Assembly: GCA_964443125.1 (NCBI GenBank)
Contig: CAYUBL010000002.1
Location: 35,243-99,242 of the forward strand
Length of the DNA stretch: 64,000 bases
Direction: 5' to 3'
Origin: an uncultured Candidatus Saccharibacteria bacterium
GTDB lineage: Bacteria > Patescibacteriota > Andersenbacteria > UBA10190
Of the stretch, positions 11,054 through 19,632 are shown one piece after another. The position numbers were made by a program, and so were the translations under genes. Below the pieces are notes generated by a model. The model saw only the letters and a program-made list of their open reading frames with translations. It ran no database searches and was not told the origin of the DNA. Each line of letters opens with the position of its first letter. Positions within the stretch are counted from its first letter, which is position 1.

Positions 11054-11626
11054 CTACAGAATTTCTTTACCAATATCCGATTCTTTCGCTGCGTCTTGAC
11101 CATGGTATTTTGCGCCGGGCTTCTCCGTATATGGCATTTCTGCGGGAGAGGAGAGCAGTTCGAATACCAGTTGGCAAATGCGCATTTTGGGATGCAGCAC
11201 GATCGGCATCATGCCGATATTGGAAACCTCCATCGTGATGGATCCTTTGAACCCGGCATCGATATGCCCGGCTGTGGAGTGAATAACGAGCCCCAAGCGG
11301 CCCAGGCTGCTTCTGCCGTCGATTCGGGCGGATATATGAGACGGAAGCTCTACCCATTCCAAAATGGAAGCAAGAACGAATTCCCCAGGCTGAATAACGT
11401 ACGGCTCTTTATTGCTGATCGTAACCTCCTCGGTCATGTTGTGGGTTGTTTTGGGGTCCGTAGGGTCGATATAGGGGAATTTGCGATGCTTGAATACGAG
11501 GAATTTGTACCCCAGGCGCAAGTCCAGACTGGAGGATCCCAGCTGCACATGCAGGTTCGGCTTCGGCCGGACGACGATTTCCTTCTTTCGGAGCGCTTCC
11601 TTGATATCTCGGTCTGATAGAATCAT
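11054..11626 (-). CDS. dcd: dCTP deaminase
   Basis: MILSDRDIKEA ... GRSSLGRLGL ... EVSN. The 326-aa ORF is trimmed to the internal Met at 11626 (GGAG-like site upstream); the longer form would overlap gatB. Confidence 0.8.
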   Translation of the reverse strand: MILSDRDIKEALRKKEIVVRPKPNLHVQLGSSSLDLRLGYKFLVFKHRKFPYIDPTDPKTTHNMTEEVTISNKEPYVIQPGEFVLASILEWVELPSHISARIDGRSSLGRLGLVIHSTAGHIDAGFKGSITMEVSNIGMMPIVLHPKMRICQLVFELLSSPAEMPYTEKPGAKYHGQDAAKESDIGKEIL

Positions 11627-11792
11627 AGGTATCAAATAACGGTACTTGATAGGGCAGGGCGTGTAAAGCATACTTATTCCCATGAACTTGGTTCCCGTAA
11701 TCGGCCTCGCCCCGCACCAGAGCAGAGCTCGGAGCAAGGGCTGCGTCGGGCGGCGTGGTTGGAATAAAGTAACTTTATTGGGATAAGGAAGT

Positions 11793-13277
11793 ATGATGCG
11801 ATTCATTCCTGTTATTGGACTTGAAATACACGTGCAATTGAAGACAAAGAGCAAAATGTTCTGCTCGTGCAAAAACGTGCTCGGGGATGCTGCGCCGAAC
11901 ACTTCCATTTGCCCGATTTGCATGGGGTATCCGGGAACGCTTCCGGTACCGAATGCGCAGGCGGTAGAGTGGATCCAGCTTGCGGGCGCCGCGCTCGGAT
12001 GCGAATTGGCAACAGAGAGCAAATTCGATCGCAAAAGCTATTTCTATCCTGATTTGCCGAAAGGATATCAAATCAGCCAGTTTGATAAACCATTTTGCGG
12101 CAAGGGGGCGTTTCCGATTGTTGTCGACGGAAAAGAAAAGATGATCGGCATTACGCGGATCCATTTGGAAGAAGATGCGGCAAAGAATATGCATGCAAAA
12201 GGCAACAAGAGCACGCTGGTAGATTTTAATCGCGCCGGCACTCCGCTGATCGAAATCGTGACCGAACCGGATATTGCATCTCCCGAAGAGGCGAGAATAT
12301 TTCTGCAGGAGCTTCAGCGCGTGATGCGCACGCTGGGCATATCCGATGCAGATATGGAAAAGGGGCAAATGCGCTGCGATGCGAATATTTCTCTGCGCCG
12401 CGAAGGGGAAACCGAATTGTATCCGAAGACGGAAGTAAAAAACGTCAATTCTTTTAAATTCGTGGAAAAGGCGCTGGCGTATGAAATAGAGCGGCAAACG
12501 CGCGCGTGGGAGAAGGGCGATGTGCCAAGCCATGCGACGCGCGGATGGAACAGCAAGGAATCAAAGACAACACTGCAGAGGACCAAGGAAGAAGCGGCCG
12601 ATTATCGGTACTTTCCCGAACCGGACATTCCGCCGTTTTTCTTTTCCGAAGAAGAGCTGGCAGCCCGCGTAAAATCGCTGCCGGAGCTTCCATGGGAAGC
12701 GCGCCATCGGTTTATTCGTGAATATGGCGTATCGGCCCAGCAAGCGGAGCTCTTGATTGCCGAAAAGGCATTGGCAAGGCTGTTTGAAGATACGGTTTCA
12801 GAAATTGCGCAGATGGACAACGAGCGCGTGGATGTCGTGCCGGCAGACCAGAAGCGCCTTGTTCGCATCGCTACGAATATTATCTTGCAGGACATTCGTT
12901 CCATGCTGGATCAGGAGAGGGTTGATCAAGCGGAGATTCGAATTTCTGCGGAAAATCTTGCAGAGCTTGCAGCATTGCTTGAGCAAGGAAAAATCGGCAG
13001 TAATGCGATTGCCGCCATGGTGCGAGAGATGCAAAAAACGGGAGGAGACCCCGATGCGATTATGAGGAATCTCGGCCTGGAGCAGGTAAGCGATGCGGGA
13101 GCGCTCGATGCTATTATCCAAGAAGTCATCGCCGAAAATCCCGATGTGGTGGAAAAGATTCGGGCGGGAAAAGAGGCCGGGCTGCAGTTTTTGATGGGGC
13201 AGGTTATGGCGAAAACAAAAGGCAAGGCAAACCCCAGTGTTGTGCTCAACATGCTTCGCACAACGCTTAGCTTATAG
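11793..13277 (+). CDS. gatB: Asp/Glu-tRNA(Asn/Gln) amidotransferase subunit B
   Basis: N-terminal IGLEIHVQLKTKSKMFCSC and a C-terminal YqeY-like tail. Confidence 0.9.
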   Translation: MMRFIPVIGLEIHVQLKTKSKMFCSCKNVLGDAAPNTSICPICMGYPGTLPVPNAQAVEWIQLAGAALGCELATESKFDRKSYFYPDLPKGYQISQFDKPFCGKGAFPIVVDGKEKMIGITRIHLEEDAAKNMHAKGNKSTLVDFNRAGTPLIEIVTEPDIASPEEARIFLQELQRVMRTLGISDADMEKGQMRCDANISLRREGETELYPKTEVKNVNSFKFVEKALAYEIERQTRAWEKGDVPSHATRGWNSKESKTTLQRTKEEAADYRYFPEPDIPPFFFSEEELAARVKSLPELPWEARHRFIREYGVSAQQAELLIAEKALARLFEDTVSEIAQMDNERVDVVPADQKRLVRIATNIILQDIRSMLDQERVDQAEIRISAENLAELAALLEQGKIGSNAIAAMVREMQKTGGDPDAIMRNLGLEQVSDAGALDAIIQEVIAENPDVVEKIRAGKEAGLQFLMGQVMAKTKGKANPSVVLNMLRTTLSL

Positions 13278-13291
13278 CTTCGTTAGCTGCG

Positions 13292-14167
13292 TTAGCTTTG
13301 CACTTTGAGCTTGGGTGCGCACACCCAGCCAATATCGTCTCTTCGCTTCCACCATGACATTTGCCGGTGGGCGTAGCGCATATTCGATTGCACCATTTTC
13401 TCGGTGTCGCAGTGCTCTTTGTAGTTCATCGTGTGCAAGAGCTTGGATTGAGGATGATGCTGTTTCAGTGTTGCTATTTCGTCTTCTAATCCGCTCTCTA
13501 CCATTTCTTCTGCCCGCTTTGCGATGCGTTTCCGGAGCGATTCCCAATCGGGGAATAAGCCGATCATGCAAGCATTCATGGGAGATGGCCGCTTGCTGCG
13601 AAGATCGGAAAATTTCTTTCCCGTGCTTTCCATGACCTCCAGTGCGCGGATGATGCGCCTGCGGTTGTGGGGCTCAATAAACTCTCGCGCATCCGGATCT
13701 TGTGCAAGCAGCATCTTGTATAAGTCATCGGCGGGTAATGATTCCAATGTGCGGCGAAGCGCATCGTTGGGCGCTACGTTCGGGATGGCATATCCGTCGA
13801 TAATCGCGTCGATGTACAGCATGGTTCCTCCCGCAATAATCGGCACAAGGCCGCGGCTTCGGATGATCGCAATTGCGTGCGTTGCATCGCGAATGTAGTC
13901 GGAAAGGGTGTACGAAGTATCAGGCGAGGCGATATTGAGAAGGTAGTGGTCTATGCCTTCGATGGTATCGGGAGTATCGGCTGCGTGCACGGCCGTGCTC
14001 CATGCGCTTTCAGGTTTTGCCGTGCCGATATTCATACCTGCATACACTTGGCGGGAGTCGGCGGAAATAACAGCTCCGCCCATGCGGCGAGCCATATCGA
14101 TTGCATATGCGGTTTTCCCCGATGCCGTCGGGCCGAGAACGGCAAAGATATCGTACTGTTCCATCAA
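13292..14167 (-). CDS. miaA: tRNA dimethylallyltransferase
   Basis: P-loop GPTASGKT and SADSRQVY. Convergent with gatB. Confidence 0.9.
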   Translation of the reverse strand: MMEQYDIFAVLGPTASGKTAYAIDMARRMGGAVISADSRQVYAGMNIGTAKPESAWSTAVHAADTPDTIEGIDHYLLNIASPDTSYTLSDYIRDATHAIAIIRSRGLVPIIAGGTMLYIDAIIDGYAIPNVAPNDALRRTLESLPADDLYKMLLAQDPDAREFIEPHNRRRIIRALEVMESTGKKFSDLRSKRPSPMNACMIGLFPDWESLRKRIAKRAEEMVESGLEDEIATLKQHHPQSKLLHTMNYKEHCDTEKMVQSNMRYAHRQMSWWKRRDDIGWVCAPKLKVQS

Positions 14168-14193
14168 GGAGATTCTAGCGATATACTGAGCCC

Positions 14194-14751
14194 ATGTCCA
14201 AGTTGTTCTTGATTTCCATTATCGCCCTTGCAGTAGCGGGGGTGATAAGCGGCGTATTCGAAGTACGGGTGCATCCGGAGAAATTCGGAAATGCGTTTGC
14301 AGGAGCAAAGCAATTTATCGGTAGCAAGGATATTATCGCAAATAGCCAGTATTATGCTATAACATGGATGCGCAAGGCAGAGATAGCGGTGGCAGGGGAT
14401 GAAGATGAAACATTTACTATATACATGAAGCATGTCGAAAAAGATGCGGAAGCGTTGAAGCAGGCCATCGACATGAACAAATCCCCGGGTGTTGTCGTGG
14501 CAAAAAGCCGTTTGCTCGATGAAAGCTTACAGCGCGCCAAGAGCGCCGTGGAGACCATTTCCGATGATGCCATGGCCCGTGTACGCGACCAGTGGGTGAA
14601 AGTTCTTTCGAGTGCGAACCAGCAGCTCGGGCGTCTCGCTGGAGTTGCGGGAGAGTACCAGCAATACAAAGAAGCGCTCGAAGGTATTGCGCCCGCACAG
14701 CAGGAAGAAGCATCGGATCCTACGCCTACCCCGGTTCCGCTGAAGTTTTGA
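14194..14751 (+). CDS. Hypothetical membrane-anchored protein
   Basis: N-terminal TM, coiled-coil-like body and a PTPTPVP tail. 26-nt convergent overlap with bcp. Confidence 0.5.
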   Translation: MSKLFLISIIALAVAGVISGVFEVRVHPEKFGNAFAGAKQFIGSKDIIANSQYYAITWMRKAEIAVAGDEDETFTIYMKHVEKDAEALKQAIDMNKSPGVVVAKSRLLDESLQRAKSAVETISDDAMARVRDQWVKVLSSANQQLGRLAGVAGEYQQYKEALEGIAPAQQEEASDPTPTPVPLKF

Positions 14752-15208
14752 TTGTGCGAAAATCGCGCAATATTTCCTGCGCGTGGCGGTCAGGTTTGAC
14801 CGTAGGATATGTTTTTGCAATAACGCCATCCGGCCCGATGAGATAGGTGATACGAAGCGTTCCTTCGTATTCCCGTCCGTACATCTTCTTCATGCCGATC
14901 GCTTCGTAAGCGCGGAGTATTGTTTGGTCGGGGTCGGAAAGCAAGGGGAATGGCAATGAAAATGCGCTTGCAAACCGTTCATGGCTTACCACGGAGTCGC
15001 GGCTCACTCCCAGTACCTGGAGGCCGGCTTCCTGGAACTGTGTCCAAGCATCCCGAATGGCGCATGCTTCTTTCGTGCATCCGGGCGTGTTGTCTTTCGG
15101 ATAGAAGTACAGCATAAGCCACGAGCCTGCATAATTCGCGAGCGTATGCTCGTTGCCGAACTGGTCTTTCGCCAGAAAGCCAGGGGCTTTTGTTCCTTCC
15201 TGCAGCAT
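14726..15208 (-). CDS. bcp: Peroxiredoxin (Bcp-type thiol peroxidase)
   Basis: KAPGF ... YFYPKDNTPGCTKEAC, with the peroxidatic Cys in the expected position. Confidence 0.85.
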   Translation of the reverse strand: MLQEGTKAPGFLAKDQFGNEHTLANYAGSWLMLYFYPKDNTPGCTKEACAIRDAWTQFQEAGLQVLGVSRDSVVSHERFASAFSLPFPLLSDPDQTILRAYEAIGMKKMYGREYEGTLRITYLIGPDGVIAKTYPTVKPDRHAQEILRDFRTIKTSAEPG

Positions 15209-15248
15209 ACTTTGAGTATACAGCGGATATTTTCATTTCCCAGGTGTA

Positions 15249-15620
15249 TTGTGCATGGTATGTGTAATGGATAATTTTCTCGCAGTTGAGCGAAAAGTGG
15301 GGTACAGTACACGTATGATCGTGGATAGGATATTGGAGTATTATGGATATGATTTAGGAGCTTATCCTGTCGCGGAGGATCGATGGATGACTGCTTTCAA
15401 TGCTATATTCTTGTCTATTTATCCTATTTTACCACTGATCTTTGCATTGGTACCCTGGATATATTTCTATCTGCGGCGAGAAAAGCATTTGAAAAACAGG
15501 CAACAATTTACTAGAAAAATTATCATCATTTCAATAATTGGGTTACTGCTCGGCTTAGCAGCGCCTTATATTATTCTCATAATCGCAGCATCTCTCGCAG
15601 CCTATGGCGGGATATTATAA
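15249..15620 (+). CDS. Small membrane protein (hypothetical)
   Basis: 123 aa with three or four TM segments. Confidence 0.35.
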   Translation: MCMVCVMDNFLAVERKVGYSTRMIVDRILEYYGYDLGAYPVAEDRWMTAFNAIFLSIYPILPLIFALVPWIYFYLRREKHLKNRQQFTRKIIIISIIGLLLGLAAPYIILIIAASLAAYGGIL

Positions 15621-16377
15621 AAGATACATACTCACGCCGCTTCTCTTGTTTGTTCTGTTTCTCGTTGCAGCTCCGACGTCTGCGCAAATTATCGTCTTGC
15701 CGGAATTTTCGGAAAAAGACCCTGTGATCATTGTGCCCGGCATCGCCGGATCGTTTAATATACTAGCATTGTTTGCAGATAAATCTGGCGGCCAGTGGGG
15801 TCCGGTGCCGTTTCATAATATGTATGCAGGGCTGATTGCGCGGTTTGAAGCGGAGGGATATGTGCGCAATGAGACGCTGTATACGGCGTATTACGATTGG
15901 CGGCAGGGGAATGATGAGTCTGCCGCAGAATATTTGGCGCCGATTATTGCAGAAGCCAAAGAGAAAACAGGCAAGGTGGATATCGTGGCGCATAGCATGG
16001 GAGGGCTGCTCGTGCAGGCATACATGAACAGCGACATGTACCAGCCCGGAGAAATCGACCAGTTTATTATGCTGGGAACCCCGAACAAGGGAGCAAGCGC
16101 GGCATATTTGCCTTGGGAAGGCGGGGTGTTGCCAAGTACGTGGAGCGGACCAGCAAGGTTTTATATGAATTTCGTTCATGATTCTCTGAAAAATAAAAGA
16201 GATATCAATGATCCTCCTCCCAAATCCTACCGCCAAATATTTCCATCTCTCAAAGAGCTCTTGCCTACAGGAAATTTTCTTCAGAAAGGCGGCAGCAGTG
16301 AATCCTCCGGTGAGCGCAATACATTTCTCGAAAACTTGGCTGCAGTGCGGGTAGCCTGGTTGCCGGAGGGGATGTGA
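15604..16377 (+). CDS. Secreted alpha/beta-hydrolase (lipase/esterase-like, PGAP1/LCAT-like)
   Basis: Signal peptide. Nucleophile-elbow motif AHSMGG. Confidence 0.65.
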   Translation: MAGYYKRYILTPLLLFVLFLVAAPTSAQIIVLPEFSEKDPVIIVPGIAGSFNILALFADKSGGQWGPVPFHNMYAGLIARFEAEGYVRNETLYTAYYDWRQGNDESAAEYLAPIIAEAKEKTGKVDIVAHSMGGLLVQAYMNSDMYQPGEIDQFIMLGTPNKGASAAYLPWEGGVLPSTWSGPARFYMNFVHDSLKNKRDINDPPPKSYRQIFPSLKELLPTGNFLQKGGSSESSGERNTFLENLAAVRVAWLPEGM

Positions 16378-17390
16378 AAACGACAACAATCGCAGGTACG
16401 GAAACCAATACTCTGGGGGAGGTTGCAGTATCTGATAGTCGAACAAAAGAGGATGAGAATCTGGATAGGTGGCGGGACGGCCATCCGACAGAAGAAATAC
16501 CTTCGCCAAATACGACGGAAGGCGATAGGACGGTGCTTTCTTCAAGTGCATTCCTGTTTGGGACAATCCAAGTGCCTGTCGAAAACGTACCGCACGATGC
16601 GCTTCCGGAATACGCGCAAGATGAAGTGCTCAAGGCGCTGGGCATTGCAATCGATAAGCCGAAGGCGTTCATCTACGAAGAGCCGGAGTGGCTGACCGGG
16701 TTTGTGGTGCTTTCGCCGGTTGATATTGTCATTATGGACAGTACGGGGAAAACAATTTCAAAAGATACAAACGATTTCGGAGATGATGCATACGTAGACG
16801 TGATATCTGAAACGGATGAGCACGAACCGAAGCTGGTGATTATAAAAAATCTTCCGAACGGAACGTATGTGGTCCATTTGACCGGAACGGGAACGGGCGA
16901 ATATACGGTGATTGTAACGCAAACTGGCGGGGATGAGGCGGTGACGAAAACGCTGACCGGCACGACAACGCCGGGTAAAGAAGAATCGTTTACGGTAACA
17001 ATCGCAGACGGCGAAGCGGTTATTTCGGAAATCCAGAACGATAATGGAGTGGGGCTTGCCCCGCAAAGCCCTGCCGCAGCGGGGCGAAGTGGGGAGAAAG
17101 ACTGTTGCCCGGGCAAGGATCCGGTGGTAACAAAGCCGGTGAAGAAAGGCAAAGTGCTCGGAGCGACTGCGGGCAAGAGTATACAGCGAAGATATGTTCC
17201 GCTCGAAAAGCTCGGACCGCTCAATGATACGTTCTTTGCGGTCTATGGTCGGCAGCCGACATTTGAGGAATGGAAATACTGGGCGGATAGGTATTTGACC
17301 GATAAGCCGAGCTGGGAGCTGCTGAAAGGCACGATGCAGTGGTGGAAAAACAAGGGGATTTCGCTTCCGCCACCTCCGCCGTGGGTATAA
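16374..17390 (+). CDS. Hypothetical secreted protein (possible partner or C-terminal part of the lipase)
   Basis: GTG start overlapping the lipase stop (aTGTGAaa). Thr/Gly-rich beta-rich body; ends PPPPPWV. Confidence 0.45.
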   Translation: MKTTTIAGTETNTLGEVAVSDSRTKEDENLDRWRDGHPTEEIPSPNTTEGDRTVLSSSAFLFGTIQVPVENVPHDALPEYAQDEVLKALGIAIDKPKAFIYEEPEWLTGFVVLSPVDIVIMDSTGKTISKDTNDFGDDAYVDVISETDEHEPKLVIIKNLPNGTYVVHLTGTGTGEYTVIVTQTGGDEAVTKTLTGTTTPGKEESFTVTIADGEAVISEIQNDNGVGLAPQSPAAAGRSGEKDCCPGKDPVVTKPVKKGKVLGATAGKSIQRRYVPLEKLGPLNDTFFAVYGRQPTFEEWKYWADRYLTDKPSWELLKGTMQWWKNKGISLPPPPPWV

Positions 17391-17531
17391 AACGGTTTTA
17401 TTGACAAATGCCGGGAATTCATTAAAGTGTTCTGTACCGATTGTTATTATTGTTCTTCTTTCGTAAACGGCAGCAAGTGTTAAGGCGAGTGAAGTGTCCA
17501 TTCGTCCTTCTTGCCTTAGCTTGCTTGCCGG

Positions 17532-17572
17532 CCCTGGTTACCGGTGCAACGGTAACCAGGGCATCTTTTTTT
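17532..17572 (+). terminator. Rho-independent terminator
   Basis: 12-bp perfect stem CCCTGGTTACCG/CGGTAACCAGGG followed by T8. Confidence 0.75.
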
Positions 17573-17615
17573 ATGCATAACCATGTGGATCCTGGCCTGT
17601 CCGTACCTCACCCGG

Positions 17616-17677
17616 CCTCTCCTTCGAAAGGAGAGGAGACGACGCGCGACACCCTTCTCCTTACGAAGGAGAAGGGA
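17616..17677. repeat. Two near-identical stem-loops (CCYCTCCTT-nnn-AAGGAGARGG) 16 nt apart in the thrS 3' region
   Basis: Hairpins at 17616-17636 and 17653-17677 with 9-11-bp perfect stems. No U-tract on either strand. Confidence 0.5.
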
Positions 17678-17691
17678 AGGGGATGAGGTTA

Positions 17692-18909
17692 CTACGGTCT
17701 TGATTGTTTTGCGATCTGCTCGACAGCGTCTTCGAGTTTAAGCGGACCTTCGCCGAATAGTTTGCTGCGCAGCGAAACCGTACCGTCGGTCATTTCTTTC
17801 TTGCCTGCAATGATGAGTACGGGAATTTTTTGCGATGATGCGAGTTGAATCTTTTTCCCGATTCGCTCCGATGTAGTGTCGACGGTTACGCGGACATTTT
17901 TTTCCTTCAGCTGACTTGCGATCTGTTCGGCGTATTCGTGTATGTCTTCCGCAATCGGAAGCACGGCAACTTGGACAGGGGAGAGCCAGAGGGGGAGATT
18001 GCCGTTGGTGTGCTCGAGCAGCATGGCGATAAACCGCTCGAATGAGCCCAGAATTGCGCGGTGAATCATTACCGGCCGCTGACGGCTGCCGTCTTCGGCC
18101 GTGTATTCCAGTTCAAAGCGCTCTGGCATATTAAAGTCGAGCTGCGCCGTTGCCAGCTGCCACGTGCGGCCGAGGCTGTCTTGTGCGGTAAAGTCTATTT
18201 TCGGTCCGTAAAATGCCGCTTCTCCTTCTTGTTTTTCTACGTTGGAAAACCCTTCCGCGCTCAGTGCGTCGGCGAGGATCTGTTCCGCTTGCTGCCAAAT
18301 TTCGTCGGAACCAAGGTATTTTTCCGGCGCATTCGGATCGCGCAGGGAAAGGCGGGCGGTCAGCTCAAAGTCGAATGCGCGGTAAAATTTCGTAATACTT
18401 TGCAGGATGCGGTTGATCTCTTCTTGAATTTGATCTTGCCGGCAAAATACGTGCCCGTCATCCTGGGTGATGGAGCGCACACGCGCCAGCCCCAAAAGCT
18501 CCCCGGCTTGTTCGTCGCGGTATACGGTTGTGATTTCTGAAAACCGAAGGGGCAAATCGCGGTAGCTGCGCAGCCTGCTCGCGTAGATTTGCGTATGGTG
18601 CGGGCAGTTCATCGGCTTGATGACAAAGTCATCGTCCTTGTGGCCTTTTACATGAAAAAGATCGTCTTTGAATTTATCCCAGTGGCCGGAGGTGTGGTAC
18701 AGCTCGGGTTTTGTGATGTGGGGTATCCATACGCGTTCATATCCAAGCGGTTCGATAATGGACTGGAGGAAGTTTTCCAGTTCGCGACGGATAACGGTGC
18801 CCTTGGGGGTAAACAAGGGAAGGCCCGGGCCGATGTGGTCCGAAAATGTAAACAAGTCGAGATCGTATCCGAGCTTGCGATGGTCCGGTTGGGGCGAGGT
18901 ATCTGCCAT
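17692..18909 (-). CDS. thrS: Threonine--tRNA ligase, catalytic plus anticodon-binding domains only
   Basis: Class II core (HRKLGYDLDLF ... TSGHWDKFKD ... FRDE) and a C-terminal anticodon-binding domain. 405 aa with no N-terminal TGS or editing domains. Confidence 0.85.
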   Translation of the reverse strand: MADTSPQPDHRKLGYDLDLFTFSDHIGPGLPLFTPKGTVIRRELENFLQSIIEPLGYERVWIPHITKPELYHTSGHWDKFKDDLFHVKGHKDDDFVIKPMNCPHHTQIYASRLRSYRDLPLRFSEITTVYRDEQAGELLGLARVRSITQDDGHVFCRQDQIQEEINRILQSITKFYRAFDFELTARLSLRDPNAPEKYLGSDEIWQQAEQILADALSAEGFSNVEKQEGEAAFYGPKIDFTAQDSLGRTWQLATAQLDFNMPERFELEYTAEDGSRQRPVMIHRAILGSFERFIAMLLEHTNGNLPLWLSPVQVAVLPIAEDIHEYAEQIASQLKEKNVRVTVDTTSERIGKKIQLASSQKIPVLIIAGKKEMTDGTVSLRSKLFGEGPLKLEDAVEQIAKQSRP

Positions 18910-18983
18910 GGTGTTATTGATACCACAGAACGGTGTGGGAGCGAAAGGGGGTATTTATGGCTGTATACAGTGAAAAAAATATA

Positions 18984-19018
18984 TTGACTGTTGACAAGGT
19001 GCAAAAGGGGAGTATAGT
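18984..19018 (+). promoter_or_regulatory. Putative promoter (TTGACA-16-TATAGT)
   Basis: Tandem TTGACTG/TTGACA, then TATAGT after a 16-nt spacer, about 50 nt upstream of the 19106 ORF. Confidence 0.5.
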
Positions 19019-19105
19019 ATAGCCGGTTCTTTTCATCGTGAAGTAGTTTGCCAGCGTGGCAGGTAGTTGTACGGCCCTCTAGAGGATGTTTTTGAAAGGA
19101 TTGTT

Positions 19106-19585
19106 ATGACGACGAGTATGATGCTTGGGAAAGTTCTGCCTCAGGAAGAAAAAGTGAAGATTCCACTCGAGGCAGAATCGGCACGGAGGTGGGTGGAGTT
19201 GATCGAACGCTGCAACTTCGGCGGGTTGTCGCCGGGGTTGTTGGGGCGCGTCGATTCATTCGTTCCGTATCGGGGCTTGGTCGTCGAAGATGTCGAGTTC
19301 GACGACTTCGGCAAGATGATGACTTGTCAAGACGTACTCACTCGTCAAAAGCTCGACGGCAAGAAGTCGCTCTCGCCGCAAGGGCTGTTGGAGTGGTACG
19401 CGCTTGCGCCGCGGGAGCAATCGCTCGACCGGCTTCCGTTGATAAGCCCGGAACCAATTTTGGTTGAGGGTAACAGGAAGTACGTAATATGCATTTATCG
19501 CGGTGCCGTCGGACGCGTCCAGTTGTCTCTCGACGACTACAATGACGTGTGCCTGTCAGGATGCCGCTTTCCGTACATTCGATAA
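19106..19585 (+). CDS. Hypothetical protein
   Basis: Start placed at the internal Met with AAAGGA 6 nt upstream (ORF track begins at 19067). No motif recognised. Confidence 0.45.
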   Translation: MTTSMMLGKVLPQEEKVKIPLEAESARRWVELIERCNFGGLSPGLLGRVDSFVPYRGLVVEDVEFDDFGKMMTCQDVLTRQKLDGKKSLSPQGLLEWYALAPREQSLDRLPLISPEPILVEGNRKYVICIYRGAVGRVQLSLDDYNDVCLSGCRFPYIR

Positions 19586-19632
19586 TCGTTGATATTCGCT
19601 TCTGTAGCACATCGCTGCAGAAGCGTTTTCAT

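Noticed and set aside
10886-11617. 243-aa plus-strand ORF
   Set aside because: Lies entirely antisense to dcd, which has clear dCTP-deaminase motifs. No RBS or motif; typical shadow ORF.
11626-12034. N-terminal 136-codon extension of the dcd ORF (11054..12034)
   Set aside because: The extension overlaps the gatB start region on the opposite strand and has no similarity to Dcd. The internal Met at 11626 matches the canonical Dcd N-terminus MILSDRDIK.
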